Positions 9,507 through 19,292 of a DNA stretch of 64,000 nt are shown here, piece after piece; position 1 is the first letter of the stretch, and each line of letters opens with the position of its first letter. Under the pieces are notes generated by a model. The model had not been told where the DNA came from and made no database searches. It saw nothing but the letters and a program-made list of their open reading frames with translations. Source of the DNA: an uncultured archaeon. Lineage in GTDB: Archaea > Asgardarchaeota > Lokiarchaeia > Sigyniarchaeales > SOKP01. The stretch spans positions 1,590 through 65,589 of the forward strand of contig CAZRBD010000001.1 in NCBI GenBank assembly GCA_964598265.1. The letters run 5' to 3'. The position numbers and the translations under genes are program-made.

Positions 9507-10946
9507 TCAATCAAACTTTGGTCGTTTATCTTGCCAGGGAGCTATTTCTTCAAAAGCTTTTGAGACTTGTAGAACTGTTTTTTCATCATACCGTTTACCA
9601 ATAATTTGTAATCCGATTGGTAACCCAGAACTCGTCCAACCAGATGGAATTGAGGCAGCCGGTAAGCCATTCATATTAAATGGGTATGTATATGCCATCC
9701 AGCTCACAAGATTTAATGCTTTTTTATTAATAGAAGGAAATATTGTCCCTGATTCCGTTTGTTTTACTTTAAACGCAGGACATGGTGTAGTTGGAGTAAC
9801 CAAGAGATCGTAATTCTTGAAATATTGATGAAACACTTCATAAACCCGATTTCGATTTTCAATAGCTTTTCCCAAGTTTAGAATACTGCTATCTAAACCA
9901 AATCTAATTATACTAACTAAATCTGGTCCTAGATCCTCAATTCTTTTATTATAAGCTTTTTGTAAATCATAGGCGAACCCAGTTGCAACTAAGGTTTTAA
10001 ACGATAATTCAGGGTTTCTTACTTTTATTTTTGCTTCTTCTACATCCCATCCAAATTTATCAAACATTTGAACTCTCTTAAGAATATTATTTGCTACTTC
10101 CTCTTCAAGAGATTTAAAAAAACCTAAGCTTAAAGAATAACCAATCCTTAATTTTTTAGGTTTATCCTCAATGATTTTAACATAGTCTATGTTATCATTA
10201 GGAAATGAATTATTATCAGCAGGATGATACCCTTTCATAACATTCAACATTAATGCAGCATCTTTTACGTAGTTTACGATTGGACCGTAATGATCCATTG
10301 ATTTGAAAGCAATACCAATACGAGGATAGCTAGGAATACGACCATAAGTAGTTTTTAGACCAAATACACCACAACAGCTAGATGGAATTCTAATTGAACC
10401 ACCACCATCGGAACCTAATGCTAATGGTCCTATTCCCACAGCAACAGCCGAAGCAGCACCTCCACTAGAACCCCCTGAATTTTTCTCAATATCCCATGGA
10501 TTTTTAGTTTCCCCAAAAATCTTGTTTATTGTAATAGCAACATGTCCAAAATCAGGTGTATTTGTTTTTCCCAATATGACACAACCAGCAGCCTTCAACC
10601 TTTGGACAGCTATATCGTCTTGCTCGGGAATAAAATCTTCATACAATTTAGACCCATAAGTAGTTCTAATCCCTTTTGTTTGCATTAAATCTTTTATTGA
10701 AGTGGGGATTCCATGAAGAGGACCTAATTTTTCTCCTTGCTTCACCGATACATCCGCCTTTTTTGCCATTTCTCTTGCTAAATCAAGTGTTGGAGTGCAA
10801 TATGCGTTAATTATTGGATTTATTTTTTCGATTCTTTCTATTAATGTCTCTGTGATCTCTTCAGAAGTCAGTTCTTGGGTTTTAATTTTATCTAGCATCT
10901 CACTAGCAGACATAAAACAAATATCTTCTTTGTTCATTTTTCTCAA
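9507..10946 (-). CDS. Amidase-signature family amidase (GatA/FAAH-like)
   Basis: 'GGSSGGAASAVA' and 'GSDGGGSIRIP' amidase signature. Confidence 0.85.
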   Translation of the reverse strand: MRKMNKEDICFMSASEMLDKIKTQELTSEEITETLIERIEKINPIINAYCTPTLDLAREMAKKADVSVKQGEKLGPLHGIPTSIKDLMQTKGIRTTYGSKLYEDFIPEQDDIAVQRLKAAGCVILGKTNTPDFGHVAITINKIFGETKNPWDIEKNSGGSSGGAASAVAVGIGPLALGSDGGGSIRIPSSCCGVFGLKTTYGRIPSYPRIGIAFKSMDHYGPIVNYVKDAALMLNVMKGYHPADNNSFPNDNIDYVKIIEDKPKKLRIGYSLSLGFFKSLEEEVANNILKRVQMFDKFGWDVEEAKIKVRNPELSFKTLVATGFAYDLQKAYNKRIEDLGPDLVSIIRFGLDSSILNLGKAIENRNRVYEVFHQYFKNYDLLVTPTTPCPAFKVKQTESGTIFPSINKKALNLVSWMAYTYPFNMNGLPAASIPSGWTSSGLPIGLQIIGKRYDEKTVLQVSKAFEEIAPWQDKRPKFD

Positions 10947-11079
10947 TCATTTAATAAATTTAATAGAATAAATTAGGGAATTAACTAATATAAAAATTAC
11001 TCTATGATATACTGAAGATGATTTAAAACCTAAAAAATTATTTGATAAAGATAGAAGACAAATACATTTGTTAATTATT

Positions 11080-11487
11080 TTAAAATTTAAAATCAGATTG
11101 CCACTTCTTATATCCCATTTGCCATAGTTTCAATCGAGGTTTATTCACTTTATTATCCACCTCAATCCCAGGTTTAGGATTATTCATTACTTCATTATAT
11201 CGAGAATAATATTCTTCAGCACTCGGATCTCCCTTAACTAAATCCAATATTGCTTTTTCAGTAAAATACAAAATTAAATCTGGTTTAATATTTGGGTCAT
11301 CTTTGGTCATTTCTAACTTATTCTCGTTTTCTTTATACAAAAAGTAATGTAGTTTGAAGGCATTATCATTAGTAGAATTTTCAGTAATGCAGTATTCCCA
11401 GCAAGCCTGTAAATTTAGATGTCTCATTAGATCTAAATTATTAGGAAAATATCTTCTTAATTTCTTGAATAATTCTTCAGTTTCCAT
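11080..11487 (-). CDS. Small hypothetical protein, paralog of 13046..13516 (possibly SCP2-like)
   Basis: The C-terminal half aligns by eye with 13046..13516 ('DL.L....A...L......Y.......N.P..........L..MGY.K'). It starts 12 nt downstream of the ALDH stop. Confidence 0.55.
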   Translation of the reverse strand: METEELFKKLRRYFPNNLDLMRHLNLQACWEYCITENSTNDNAFKLHYFLYKENENKLEMTKDDPNIKPDLILYFTEKAILDLVKGDPSAEEYYSRYNEVMNNPKPGIEVDNKVNKPRLKLWQMGYKKWQSDFKF

Positions 11488-11499
11488 TGCGTATTTGGA

Positions 11500-12993
11500 T
11501 TACTTAATTTTTTCCAAATTTAATGGTGTACCATCATAAATATATTTCCCATAAACCAATTCTTGCGGATAATATTTACACCCTGCAGGATAAGCAGAAT
11601 CTTTAATACCTCCTAAAGACACCGTAATATCAACTAACATAGGTCGTGCATTTATATAAATATTCGCAGCTTCTAATTCGTTTTTAAAAACCTCAATATT
11701 ATTTAAATTTGAAGTGTAAACAACTGCTCGCATACCATAGTTACTTGCATTTGCCAATCTTATTGCATCTTTCATATCGTTAGCCTTAGTTATAGAACGA
11801 ACTGGTCCAAAAGCCTCTTCTTTCCATAAAAATGGAGCTTTTATTAAATCCACACATAATTCTGGTTTAATCTCAACAAGAGTTGGTGTGTAAAATAACC
11901 CATAATCCTCTCCAGTATCAATTTTTTCTCCTCCTGTAAATATTTTAGCACCAAATTTCTTGGCATCCTCTACCATCACTTCCATCATCATCAAGATTTT
12001 CCTACTTCCTAAAGGACCAATATCTACTTCTGGATCAGTTGGATCTCCGTATTTTAGCTTTTGAATTTCTTTTAAAAGGCATTCTATATATTCATCATAA
12101 ATATCTTTATGAACTATTATTCGTTTCATTGAAAAACATTGTTGCCCAGAATTAGTATAACTAGCTATTACATTCCATTTTGCTACATTTTCTAAATTTA
12201 CATCATCCATCACTATACCTGCATCGTTACCAGCACACTCGAAAAAAAAGTTTTTAAATGGCTGAGTATACATGGGAACTCCCATTGACCTGTCAACTGT
12301 TTTTTTCAAAAATCTACCATAACGAGCTAAGATATCCTTTGCTGTATGAGATGATGTAATCGTCATTATAGTTTTAATCAGGGGTGATTTAATGAATTCA
12401 TCTACGGCCCATTCTCCAGGAGCTATAACTATATCTAAAGCTTCGATAGCAGGTAAATCCATTTCTTCCATTATTGAATATGCCTTTAGCATTGTTAATG
12501 GACATGCTGTAGAGGGTTTTACTATTGCTCCGTTTCCAACTAGATAGTTTGAACCTAATTGATAGAGAGGTAGACTTAAAGGAGTGTTCCGTGGAGAGAC
12601 ACAAGCTGCCAAACCATGAGGAATGTATCTAATTCTAACGAGCTGCTCTCCTTCTATACTTGTTAAAGTTTTTTCTTCTAAGAATTGATAGTACCAATCA
12701 CAAAATTTGAAACCATTCATTACAATATTTAATTCCCATTCAGAATACTTGATTGGTAATCCCCCTTCCGCAACGACTAAATCCTTCAATTGGGATTTCT
12801 TAAATCGTAATTTCGTAGCAACTTTAGAAAGAAGTTGAGAACGTTCAAAAAAGTCCATCTCTTTTAATAGATGTTGATTTTTATTTATTTTCTTGATTTT
12901 TGCTCTAACTGTTTCTGGTGTGTCTGCGGGAATAGTTTCTATAAGTTCACCAGTGTATTTGTTTTTGATTTCTAATTCTTTTAATTTTGACAT
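11500..12993 (-). CDS. Aldehyde dehydrogenase family protein
   Basis: ALDH-like length, a catalytic Cys context 'GQQCFSMKR', and a Glu context 'FECAGND' in place of the ELGGK motif. Confidence 0.85.
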   Translation of the reverse strand: MSKLKELEIKNKYTGELIETIPADTPETVRAKIKKINKNQHLLKEMDFFERSQLLSKVATKLRFKKSQLKDLVVAEGGLPIKYSEWELNIVMNGFKFCDWYYQFLEEKTLTSIEGEQLVRIRYIPHGLAACVSPRNTPLSLPLYQLGSNYLVGNGAIVKPSTACPLTMLKAYSIMEEMDLPAIEALDIVIAPGEWAVDEFIKSPLIKTIMTITSSHTAKDILARYGRFLKKTVDRSMGVPMYTQPFKNFFFECAGNDAGIVMDDVNLENVAKWNVIASYTNSGQQCFSMKRIIVHKDIYDEYIECLLKEIQKLKYGDPTDPEVDIGPLGSRKILMMMEVMVEDAKKFGAKIFTGGEKIDTGEDYGLFYTPTLVEIKPELCVDLIKAPFLWKEEAFGPVRSITKANDMKDAIRLANASNYGMRAVVYTSNLNNIEVFKNELEAANIYINARPMLVDITVSLGGIKDSAYPAGCKYYPQELVYGKYIYDGTPLNLEKIK

Positions 12994-13045
12994 AATTCTT
13001 ATTTAGCTTTTTTCAATTTCAGTTTTAGAATAAAAAGTTCAAACT

Positions 13046-13516
13046 TTATATATTATCTTCATCTTTGAGGATGCCAGCAGTTTGTGCAAATTTGCCATAA
13101 CCCATATTAATTAAGGTTTGTGTTCTTTTGTGCAAAACAAAATCAATCCATCCTTTTTTCTCATCTGGATCGTTATAAAAAGCTCCAAAAAGTTGAGCAT
13201 ACTCTACCTTAGTTTTTGTTTGGATTAATTTTTTTACGGCATTTAATGAGAGTGCTAGTTCCAAATCTGAATCAACAGCACTCCCTGGTTTTATTTCAAT
13301 CCCATTTTTATTTCGATACACATTAAAAATATCTATAGGAGATCTCTTATCATAGGCTTTAAGTGAACTATAAAGTGCAAAATCAAAGTCTGAACCATTA
13401 ATAAGATCATAAAAAATTTCTGGATATTTTGCTAAAAATTTGGTGTATTTTCTGGCTATTTCAGTCTTGTTTGCTCCTTTATCAATAATTTGACTCGTTA
13501 TTTCTTCTTCATACAT
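13046..13516 (-). CDS. Small hypothetical protein, paralog of 11080..11487
   Basis: See 11080..11487. It sits between the SDR and ALDH genes with short spacers. Confidence 0.55.
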   Translation of the reverse strand: MYEEEITSQIIDKGANKTEIARKYTKFLAKYPEIFYDLINGSDFDFALYSSLKAYDKRSPIDIFNVYRNKNGIEIKPGSAVDSDLELALSLNAVKKLIQTKTKVEYAQLFGAFYNDPDEKKGWIDFVLHKRTQTLINMGYGKFAQTAGILKDEDNI

Positions 13517-13532
13517 CTTATAAACACACTTC

Positions 13533-14528
13533 TTACTGTTTTTCTTTTTCAGTATAATCTTTATACCAAACTATAGTTTCTTTTAGACCTTCTTCTAAGG
13601 AAGTAATCTTATAATGAATTGTTTTAATAGCTTTTTCGGAAGAATAGGACCAATTGTGATTCGACATTTTTATGGTCGCTCTATTTGTATAAGGCATTTT
13701 TTTTGTTATTTTTGTTTTCATCTCACATAAAAAGCCATAGAATAAAGCCGCACTCATTGGGAAATGACGAACTTTTTTCTTATTTCCTGCGATCTCAGAA
13801 ATCAGATTGAACCAATCTCCGATTTTTACATTTATCCCTCCAAGAATAAATTCTTCACCACTTAAATCATTCCTCTCAACAATACTGACTAAGCCATCAA
13901 TAACATCATTTACATATACAAAACTTCCAATAGTATCTCCTTTTCCGGGACAACCCAGAAAGGATCCAGATGTAATGTCGAGGATTGTTTGACCAAAGAT
14001 GTTAAAATCTCCTGAGCCGTAAATAATACCCGGATAAAATATAGTTACATTAAGCCCTCTCCTGATATATTCTTGGATATTTTTCTTAGCTTGAAATTTG
14101 GTTTTTGCATAATCAAGAAGTAACCCTTCTTCACTTTCAAACGTCTCATCAACGGGATCAGCTGGAGTCGCACCTAAAGCGATAAATGAGCTAATATAAA
14201 TAAGTCTTATCTCTTTTTCAAACGCTACCTTTGCGATATTTTCTGCCCCGTTTATATTAGTCTCTTCATAAACTGATTTATTTTTAGCCCACATTCGAGT
14301 GTATGCTGCTAGGTGATAAATTAAATCAATATTATCTACAGCATTATACAAGCTTTCGATATTTCTGACGTCGCCGATGACATAGTCGATCTTATTAAGA
14401 TCTTGAAACGGGGATATGTCACTACTCTCTCTAATTAATAACTTTAAATTATGACCAATAGTACTTAGCTTTTTAACTAAATGAATACCTAAAAATCCAG
14501 TACCCCCTGTTATAAGAATATTAACCAT
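13533..14528 (-). CDS. NAD(P)-dependent epimerase/dehydratase/reductase (extended SDR)
   Basis: 'ILITGGTGFLG' Rossmann motif and 'YAKTK' (YxxxK). Confidence 0.85.
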   Translation of the reverse strand: MVNILITGGTGFLGIHLVKKLSTIGHNLKLLIRESSDISPFQDLNKIDYVIGDVRNIESLYNAVDNIDLIYHLAAYTRMWAKNKSVYEETNINGAENIAKVAFEKEIRLIYISSFIALGATPADPVDETFESEEGLLLDYAKTKFQAKKNIQEYIRRGLNVTIFYPGIIYGSGDFNIFGQTILDITSGSFLGCPGKGDTIGSFVYVNDVIDGLVSIVERNDLSGEEFILGGINVKIGDWFNLISEIAGNKKKVRHFPMSAALFYGFLCEMKTKITKKMPYTNRATIKMSNHNWSYSSEKAIKTIHYKITSLEEGLKETIVWYKDYTEKEKQ

Positions 14529-14767
14529 GATTTAGATGGTGAAATACCAAATTTTAACTTAAAATATTAAAAAGTTACATTCTATTAAAGTTAGATCTTA
14601 AAGAAATTGGGTTAAAACAGCCTGGCATTGATATTGAAATAGCATAGAAAAGATTAAAATAATAGTCTAAAAAATATAATTATAAATAAAATCAAAATAA
14701 ATAAGTATATAATTTAAAATTTGAATAAATACGTTTCATAGAATTATAATAAAAAGGTGAATAAAAA

Positions 14768-15466
14768 TTGGAACTCTTAGGATGGCTTAACGGGATTTCT
14801 GCTTTAGGTGTACTTACTACAAACCTACTAATAGGCTTTTATTCGTTGTATAAAGCAAATAAATTGAAAGCTAAACTTCTTACTATTACTTCATTAACAA
14901 TAATTTTTATTGGATTATTATGGTTAGGTCCAAGCATAGATTTTCTCAAAGTTCTTATAACAGGAACTAATATTGAACCAGTATGGGTATATCCATTACT
15001 AAGTTATATGTGGGCCTCTGTGGGTATAACTTTGGGTATGTATATTGGTGGAGAATTATTGATGCCCAAAAAAAAATGGATTTTAGTGGGTATTTTCATC
15101 ATTTTAAGTATTGTTTATGAATATTTTCTTTTTGCGAACCCTCTAGCTTCTTTTAAATTTGAAGTACCAGTACCCCTAGGTAGCGATTTGATTGATACAT
15201 CTAGTAATTATTCGTATTTCACCTCCTATTTTTTAATTGTTTTTATACTATCTATTTTAATGTTTAACGGTATTGGATTTTTAGTGAAATCTAGGCAAGC
15301 AGCAGGAATCTTAAAAAAGAAATTTTTGTTTCTATCCATTGGTTTTATTGTCTTTGCAGTCATTGTAATTTTTGACTCAATAGTTCCTCCTATGATTGCT
15401 TTATTCATTGTTAGATTTGGAATTATTATAAGTAGCATTTTAATATATCTCGGAATTAAATCCTAA
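14768..15466 (+). CDS. Polytopic membrane protein (about 7 TM), unknown function
   Basis: Hydrophobic segments run throughout; the ORF is followed by a T14 run. Confidence 0.6.
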   Translation: MELLGWLNGISALGVLTTNLLIGFYSLYKANKLKAKLLTITSLTIIFIGLLWLGPSIDFLKVLITGTNIEPVWVYPLLSYMWASVGITLGMYIGGELLMPKKKWILVGIFIILSIVYEYFLFANPLASFKFEVPVPLGSDLIDTSSNYSYFTSYFLIVFILSILMFNGIGFLVKSRQAAGILKKKFLFLSIGFIVFAVIVIFDSIVPPMIALFIVRFGIIISSILIYLGIKS

Positions 15467-15480
15467 TTTTTTTTTTTTTT
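15467..15480 (+). terminator. Oligo-T tract (T14) immediately after the stop of 14768..15466
   Basis: 14 consecutive T directly follow the stop codon. Archaeal RNAP terminates at oligo-T. Confidence 0.5.
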
Positions 15481-15706
15481 AATTTTATAAAACATCTAAA
15501 ACTAAATAAGAAAATAGAAGCATCTCCTATTCCTTCGAGTTTTGTTCGGCACATCCGACATTCATATTAGTTGCTGTATTTCTGGTTGCCGCTCTAGTAT
15601 TTCTAGGTATTGATTTTGCATTAAAAGCCAAACAAAAAAAGTAACTCAAAATCCAAAATTCTTTTTTTCTTTATGTTTACATAACATTGTGGATGAAAAT
15701 AACGTA

Positions 15707-16183
15707 TTATGTAATGTTGTTATCGATTACAACTTGTCTCAAGTATAACTTCATAAAATGTCTTTGGCTAACACAAAAATCCATTTTCTGATTATTAGAT
15801 AACTCCGAGCAATTTGATAGGATAGAATCTATATCATTTAATATACCTAAATATTGACTTCTTGAATCACAAGTTAAGTATAGTTTAGGTATCTCTTTTT
15901 CATTAAGTTCTTCAATATAAGAGTTTTCATTCTCAGAATAATCATGGTTTATAAAAAATTTTTCATATTCCTTTATAGAAGTGATTAAAAAGTTAGAAAT
16001 GTAGTTGCATGATTCTTTTGATTTAATCTGGCTGAAAAGTTCTGAGACGAGTTCAGAAATTTTTATGCGATTTAGATCCTTATATCTTTTTTCTTCAAAC
16101 TTGTTTATTTTAACCGATTTTGAGAAATTTTCATTAGAAAGATTATTATATTGCTCATACCCAAATCCCTTCGAAATTATTTT
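15707..16183 (-). pseudogene. 158-codon open frame with no canonical start codon; an ATG lies one frame away across a T5/A5 run
   Basis: I translated this manually. No minus-strand stop occurs from 16183 down to TAA at 15707-15709. The only in-frame ATGs are about 25 codons from the end. ATG 16187-16185 would fuse to the frame after a 1-nt change in the homopolymer 16180-16184. Confidence 0.45.
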
Positions 16184-16365
16184 TCATCTCGGTTGAACAT
16201 TCTACTTGTTATAAGAAAAATTGATTTATTATTTAAAAAAAAAGTCTCTTCTGGTTTAGTGGAGAGTTCAATACTAAAGGAATAGTATTTTTGTAGAACA
16301 ATAATTCTGCTAAATTCTGTAATTTAAAATGTTAAAAAAAAAGAAATATGAACAAAAAATAAGAA

Positions 16366-16947
16366 TTACATTTTTGACCCACAATTAGGACAGAAATTAC
16401 CCTTTCCTTCCACATTATGACCACAATATACACAATAGCTTTTTCCCCCAGAGGGTAAAGGAGCATCCAACTTTCTTACTGGAGCTACATATTCAGTAGC
16501 AGGACTATAAGTTATAGGCTGACCTAATTTAATTTGTCCTGATTCAGTATCAAAACTATATTTTATAGTACCTTTATTTCTCAGATCAACTAATACACGA
16601 AGTATATCCTTAGGTTTCATACCTATTTCCAGCGCAATATGTTCAAGTTTATGTTTGCCCTGAAAATTTCTTTGAGCAAGGGCGTTTTTAACTACTTGTT
16701 TATACTTCATGTTTCGATAAAGTTGCTGAAATCCACCTACAAATATGAAAAAGGCAGGAATAAATAGCCAAAACCCCCACTCCGCTAGTCCTATGAACCC
16801 AATCTGATAAGTCCTAAAAAATAATGATAAAATCGCCACAAAAAGAAAGATAATTGCTGTTACGAAAGTTCCTATTGCTGCTTCATATGACTCTTTATAA
16901 TAGTACCTATGTTTATATTTATCTTCACTACTCAATTCGATCAACAA
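16366..16947 (-). CDS. Membrane protein with cytoplasmic wHTH-like segment and C-terminal zinc ribbon
   Basis: Two or three N-terminal TM helices and 'CVYCG..x..CPNCG' at the C-terminus. Confidence 0.6.
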   Translation of the reverse strand: MLIELSSEDKYKHRYYYKESYEAAIGTFVTAIIFLFVAILSLFFRTYQIGFIGLAEWGFWLFIPAFFIFVGGFQQLYRNMKYKQVVKNALAQRNFQGKHKLEHIALEIGMKPKDILRVLVDLRNKGTIKYSFDTESGQIKLGQPITYSPATEYVAPVRKLDAPLPSGGKSYCVYCGHNVEGKGNFCPNCGSKM

Positions 16948-17200
16948 ATTATTTTTTATATATTTTATATTGATAAAAAGTTAAAATACATTTTTAATAA
17001 TCTTTGAGTAGTCCAATTTTTATGTTGATTAGATTTAAAAATATAACATTTTGTTTAACTATGAAGTCGTATAAAAGTGAGAGAAGTTATGAGAAGAGTT
17101 TTTTTCGAAGGGATTTGAGATTAGCGAATGAACTAATTTAGATTCTTCTCAACCTTTAGAATATTATAAAAAGATTTTTCAATATAAATTATATATTTTA

Positions 17201-17959
17201 TCAATTAATCTTAAAACTACTGTCTAATTCTTTCAGCCAGTTTGAATCATTGCGTAATCTTTCGAAAATTTTCATGTCTCCGAAATCTCCTCTGAATTGG
17301 TTTTTTTCCATTTTTATTACACGAATATTCCATTTTCTCTCAACGATTCCAATTTTGATGGCTTCTGTTAACTCAATTTCACCTCTTTTAGTTGGTTTTA
17401 TAAAATTCAAAACTTCAAAAATTTCAACAGAAAAAATAAAAACTCCACAATTATTTAAATTTGATTTAGATTCACCGATTGCAGGCTTTTCTACAATATC
17501 CACGCAATAATCATTTTTACAATATATAGCTCCACCTTTATGAGGATCAGCAGAATAATTTGTCACTAAAATAAAATTATTCCCTTCTCTTTTGTAAGTA
17601 TTTAATACTTCATTATATACGCTATACGGAACTAAAATATCTCCCCAAGTCATGAAAAAATGTTTATCATTAATCAATTCTTCACACAATAATAAGGCTC
17701 CTCCCGTTCCATTAATATTTTTCTGTTCTACATATTCCAAGTTGATATTCCATTTTTTCCCATCTTTAAAATATTCAAATATGTGCTCTTTCATATGACC
17801 AACCACAAAAATAATGTTACTAAAACCAGTTTTTATCAATCCATATAAAATATGTTCCAATATTGATTTACCATGAATTAACAGCATAGCTTTTTGGGTC
17901 CTCTTAGTATATGGGAGCAATCTTCTTCCCATGCCAGCACATAATACTATTGCTTTCAA
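17201..17959 (-). CDS. Sugar-phosphate nucleotidyltransferase
   Basis: 'KAIVLCAGMGRRLLPYTKRTQKAML' NTP-transferase signature. Confidence 0.8.
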   Translation of the reverse strand: MKAIVLCAGMGRRLLPYTKRTQKAMLLIHGKSILEHILYGLIKTGFSNIIFVVGHMKEHIFEYFKDGKKWNINLEYVEQKNINGTGGALLLCEELINDKHFFMTWGDILVPYSVYNEVLNTYKREGNNFILVTNYSADPHKGGAIYCKNDYCVDIVEKPAIGESKSNLNNCGVFIFSVEIFEVLNFIKPTKRGEIELTEAIKIGIVERKWNIRVIKMEKNQFRGDFGDMKIFERLRNDSNWLKELDSSFKIN

Positions 17960-18159
17960 AATAATTCATCTCCACTACTCGTGTGAATTACAAATGCTTT
18001 TTCAACAGTTTCTTCAACAGTGTTAAAGATTTGAATCTCATTATTTGTGAGTATGGCAAACATGCTACCACCAAATCCGAATCCACTAATTTTACTTCCA
18101 AATGCACCAACATCTAGGCAATTTTGAATCATTCTATTGATCTTATATATATAAATCAT
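17956..18159 (-). pseudogene. C-terminal remnant of a GHMP-family kinase, 4-nt overlap with the downstream nucleotidyltransferase
   Basis: 'DVGAFGSKISGFGFGGSMFAIL' matches GHMP motif 3 (compare 'DAGALGAKQMGAGGGGCIVAIA' in 21404..22351). Only 67 aa remain, and a stop lies 4 codons upstream of the Met. Confidence 0.6.
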
Positions 18160-18284
18160 ATTATTTGGATATTACATTTTTTTTTCTTTCCAAATACTTA
18201 CACATTATTGATTTACTATGAATAGTTTTTTTTAAACACTTTATAGATTCAAAGAAGAAATATTAAAAAGGAAATTTTAGATTT

Positions 18285-19037
18285 ATGATACATGATTTTT
18301 TAATTATTAGGGATGGTTTACCACTATTAGTAAAGAATTATTCTAACGTTCACCATCTTTTTTCTCAGGGGGATAATCTCCTTATGATCTCTGGTTTTTT
18401 CTCAGCCCTAAATTCATTTTCAGATTCTTTTGAAGATTTAGGAACAATTAGCGAATTAAAACTCTCTAATAATGATCTAAAACTTTCTTTTTTAAGGGAT
18501 ACAAATATACCAAGTTTAATCTATCTCGCAACTTTTGATGCCAAATCCAAACTATCAAATATCCAGAATCTCTTACAAATTATTGCCAAAAACTTCTTAA
18601 AAGAATTTAATATTAAACAGATTTTAAGTTGGAATGGTAAGGTCGATAATTTTAATTCATTCGATTCAATAATTAACCAATACATAGGATCAGAAAATAA
18701 AAAAATCATTGTTGATACACTTGTTAATAAAATTGAATTATCAGAAAATAAGTTAGATGAAACAGTTGATGTGAGAGAGACAAATGAGAATAATGCTGAA
18801 CAAGAAAAAGTGGAAGCAATTCCACATTATTATAAATTAATTCCCTATTTAACCTCATCAAAAAAGATTAATCCAAAACTCTTCTTAACGGGAGAATCAT
18901 CATGTGAAATCTATGATCAAGTAGATGGGACAAAATCTATAAATCAAATATCTCAAAAATTAGAATCAACTCAAGAACGAGTGTATAATATATGCAAGAA
19001 TTTGATTAAAATGGGATTTATTTCATTCTCAGACTAA
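18285..19037 (+). CDS. Longin/roadblock-like N-terminal domain protein with C-terminal winged-helix
   Basis: N-terminus 'MIHDFLIIRDGLPLLVKNY...ISGFFSALNSFSDSF'. C-terminus 'TKSINQISQKLESTQERVYNICKNLIKMGFISF' is wHTH-like. The domain call is by pattern only. Confidence 0.45.
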   Translation: MIHDFLIIRDGLPLLVKNYSNVHHLFSQGDNLLMISGFFSALNSFSDSFEDLGTISELKLSNNDLKLSFLRDTNIPSLIYLATFDAKSKLSNIQNLLQIIAKNFLKEFNIKQILSWNGKVDNFNSFDSIINQYIGSENKKIIVDTLVNKIELSENKLDETVDVRETNENNAEQEKVEAIPHYYKLIPYLTSSKKINPKLFLTGESSCEIYDQVDGTKSINQISQKLESTQERVYNICKNLIKMGFISFSD

Positions 19038-19292
19038 TATTCTTTTATTCCACTTTTTTAAGAGAATGTTTTTTACCACAAAAAGAGTTTTGTTATTATG
19101 TTCTAACTGATATCACATTTTTTGATAACACATAAGTTTTATTATGTCAAATTTATATTATATTGAGTAAATAATTTTAGTGGCAAGCGTTTTGGTGTAA
19201 AAAATGTTAATAACAGATCTATGTCTCGAAAATACCACTTCAATCGAGGTATTAATCGATGAGCTAAAAAATGCAACGAGAATGATATTTTT

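Noticed and set aside
15520-15645. Short hydrophobic plus-strand frame ending 'ALKAKQKK*' after the T14 terminator.
   Set aside because: It has no start codon and only about 40 codons, so it cannot be told apart from chance.
16162-17117. 14-nt inverted match 'ttcgaagggatttg' (17104-17117 plus strand; 16162-16175 minus strand).
   Set aside because: It is too short to exceed the chance expectation for all-versus-all comparison in 64 kb, and no extended similarity surrounds it.
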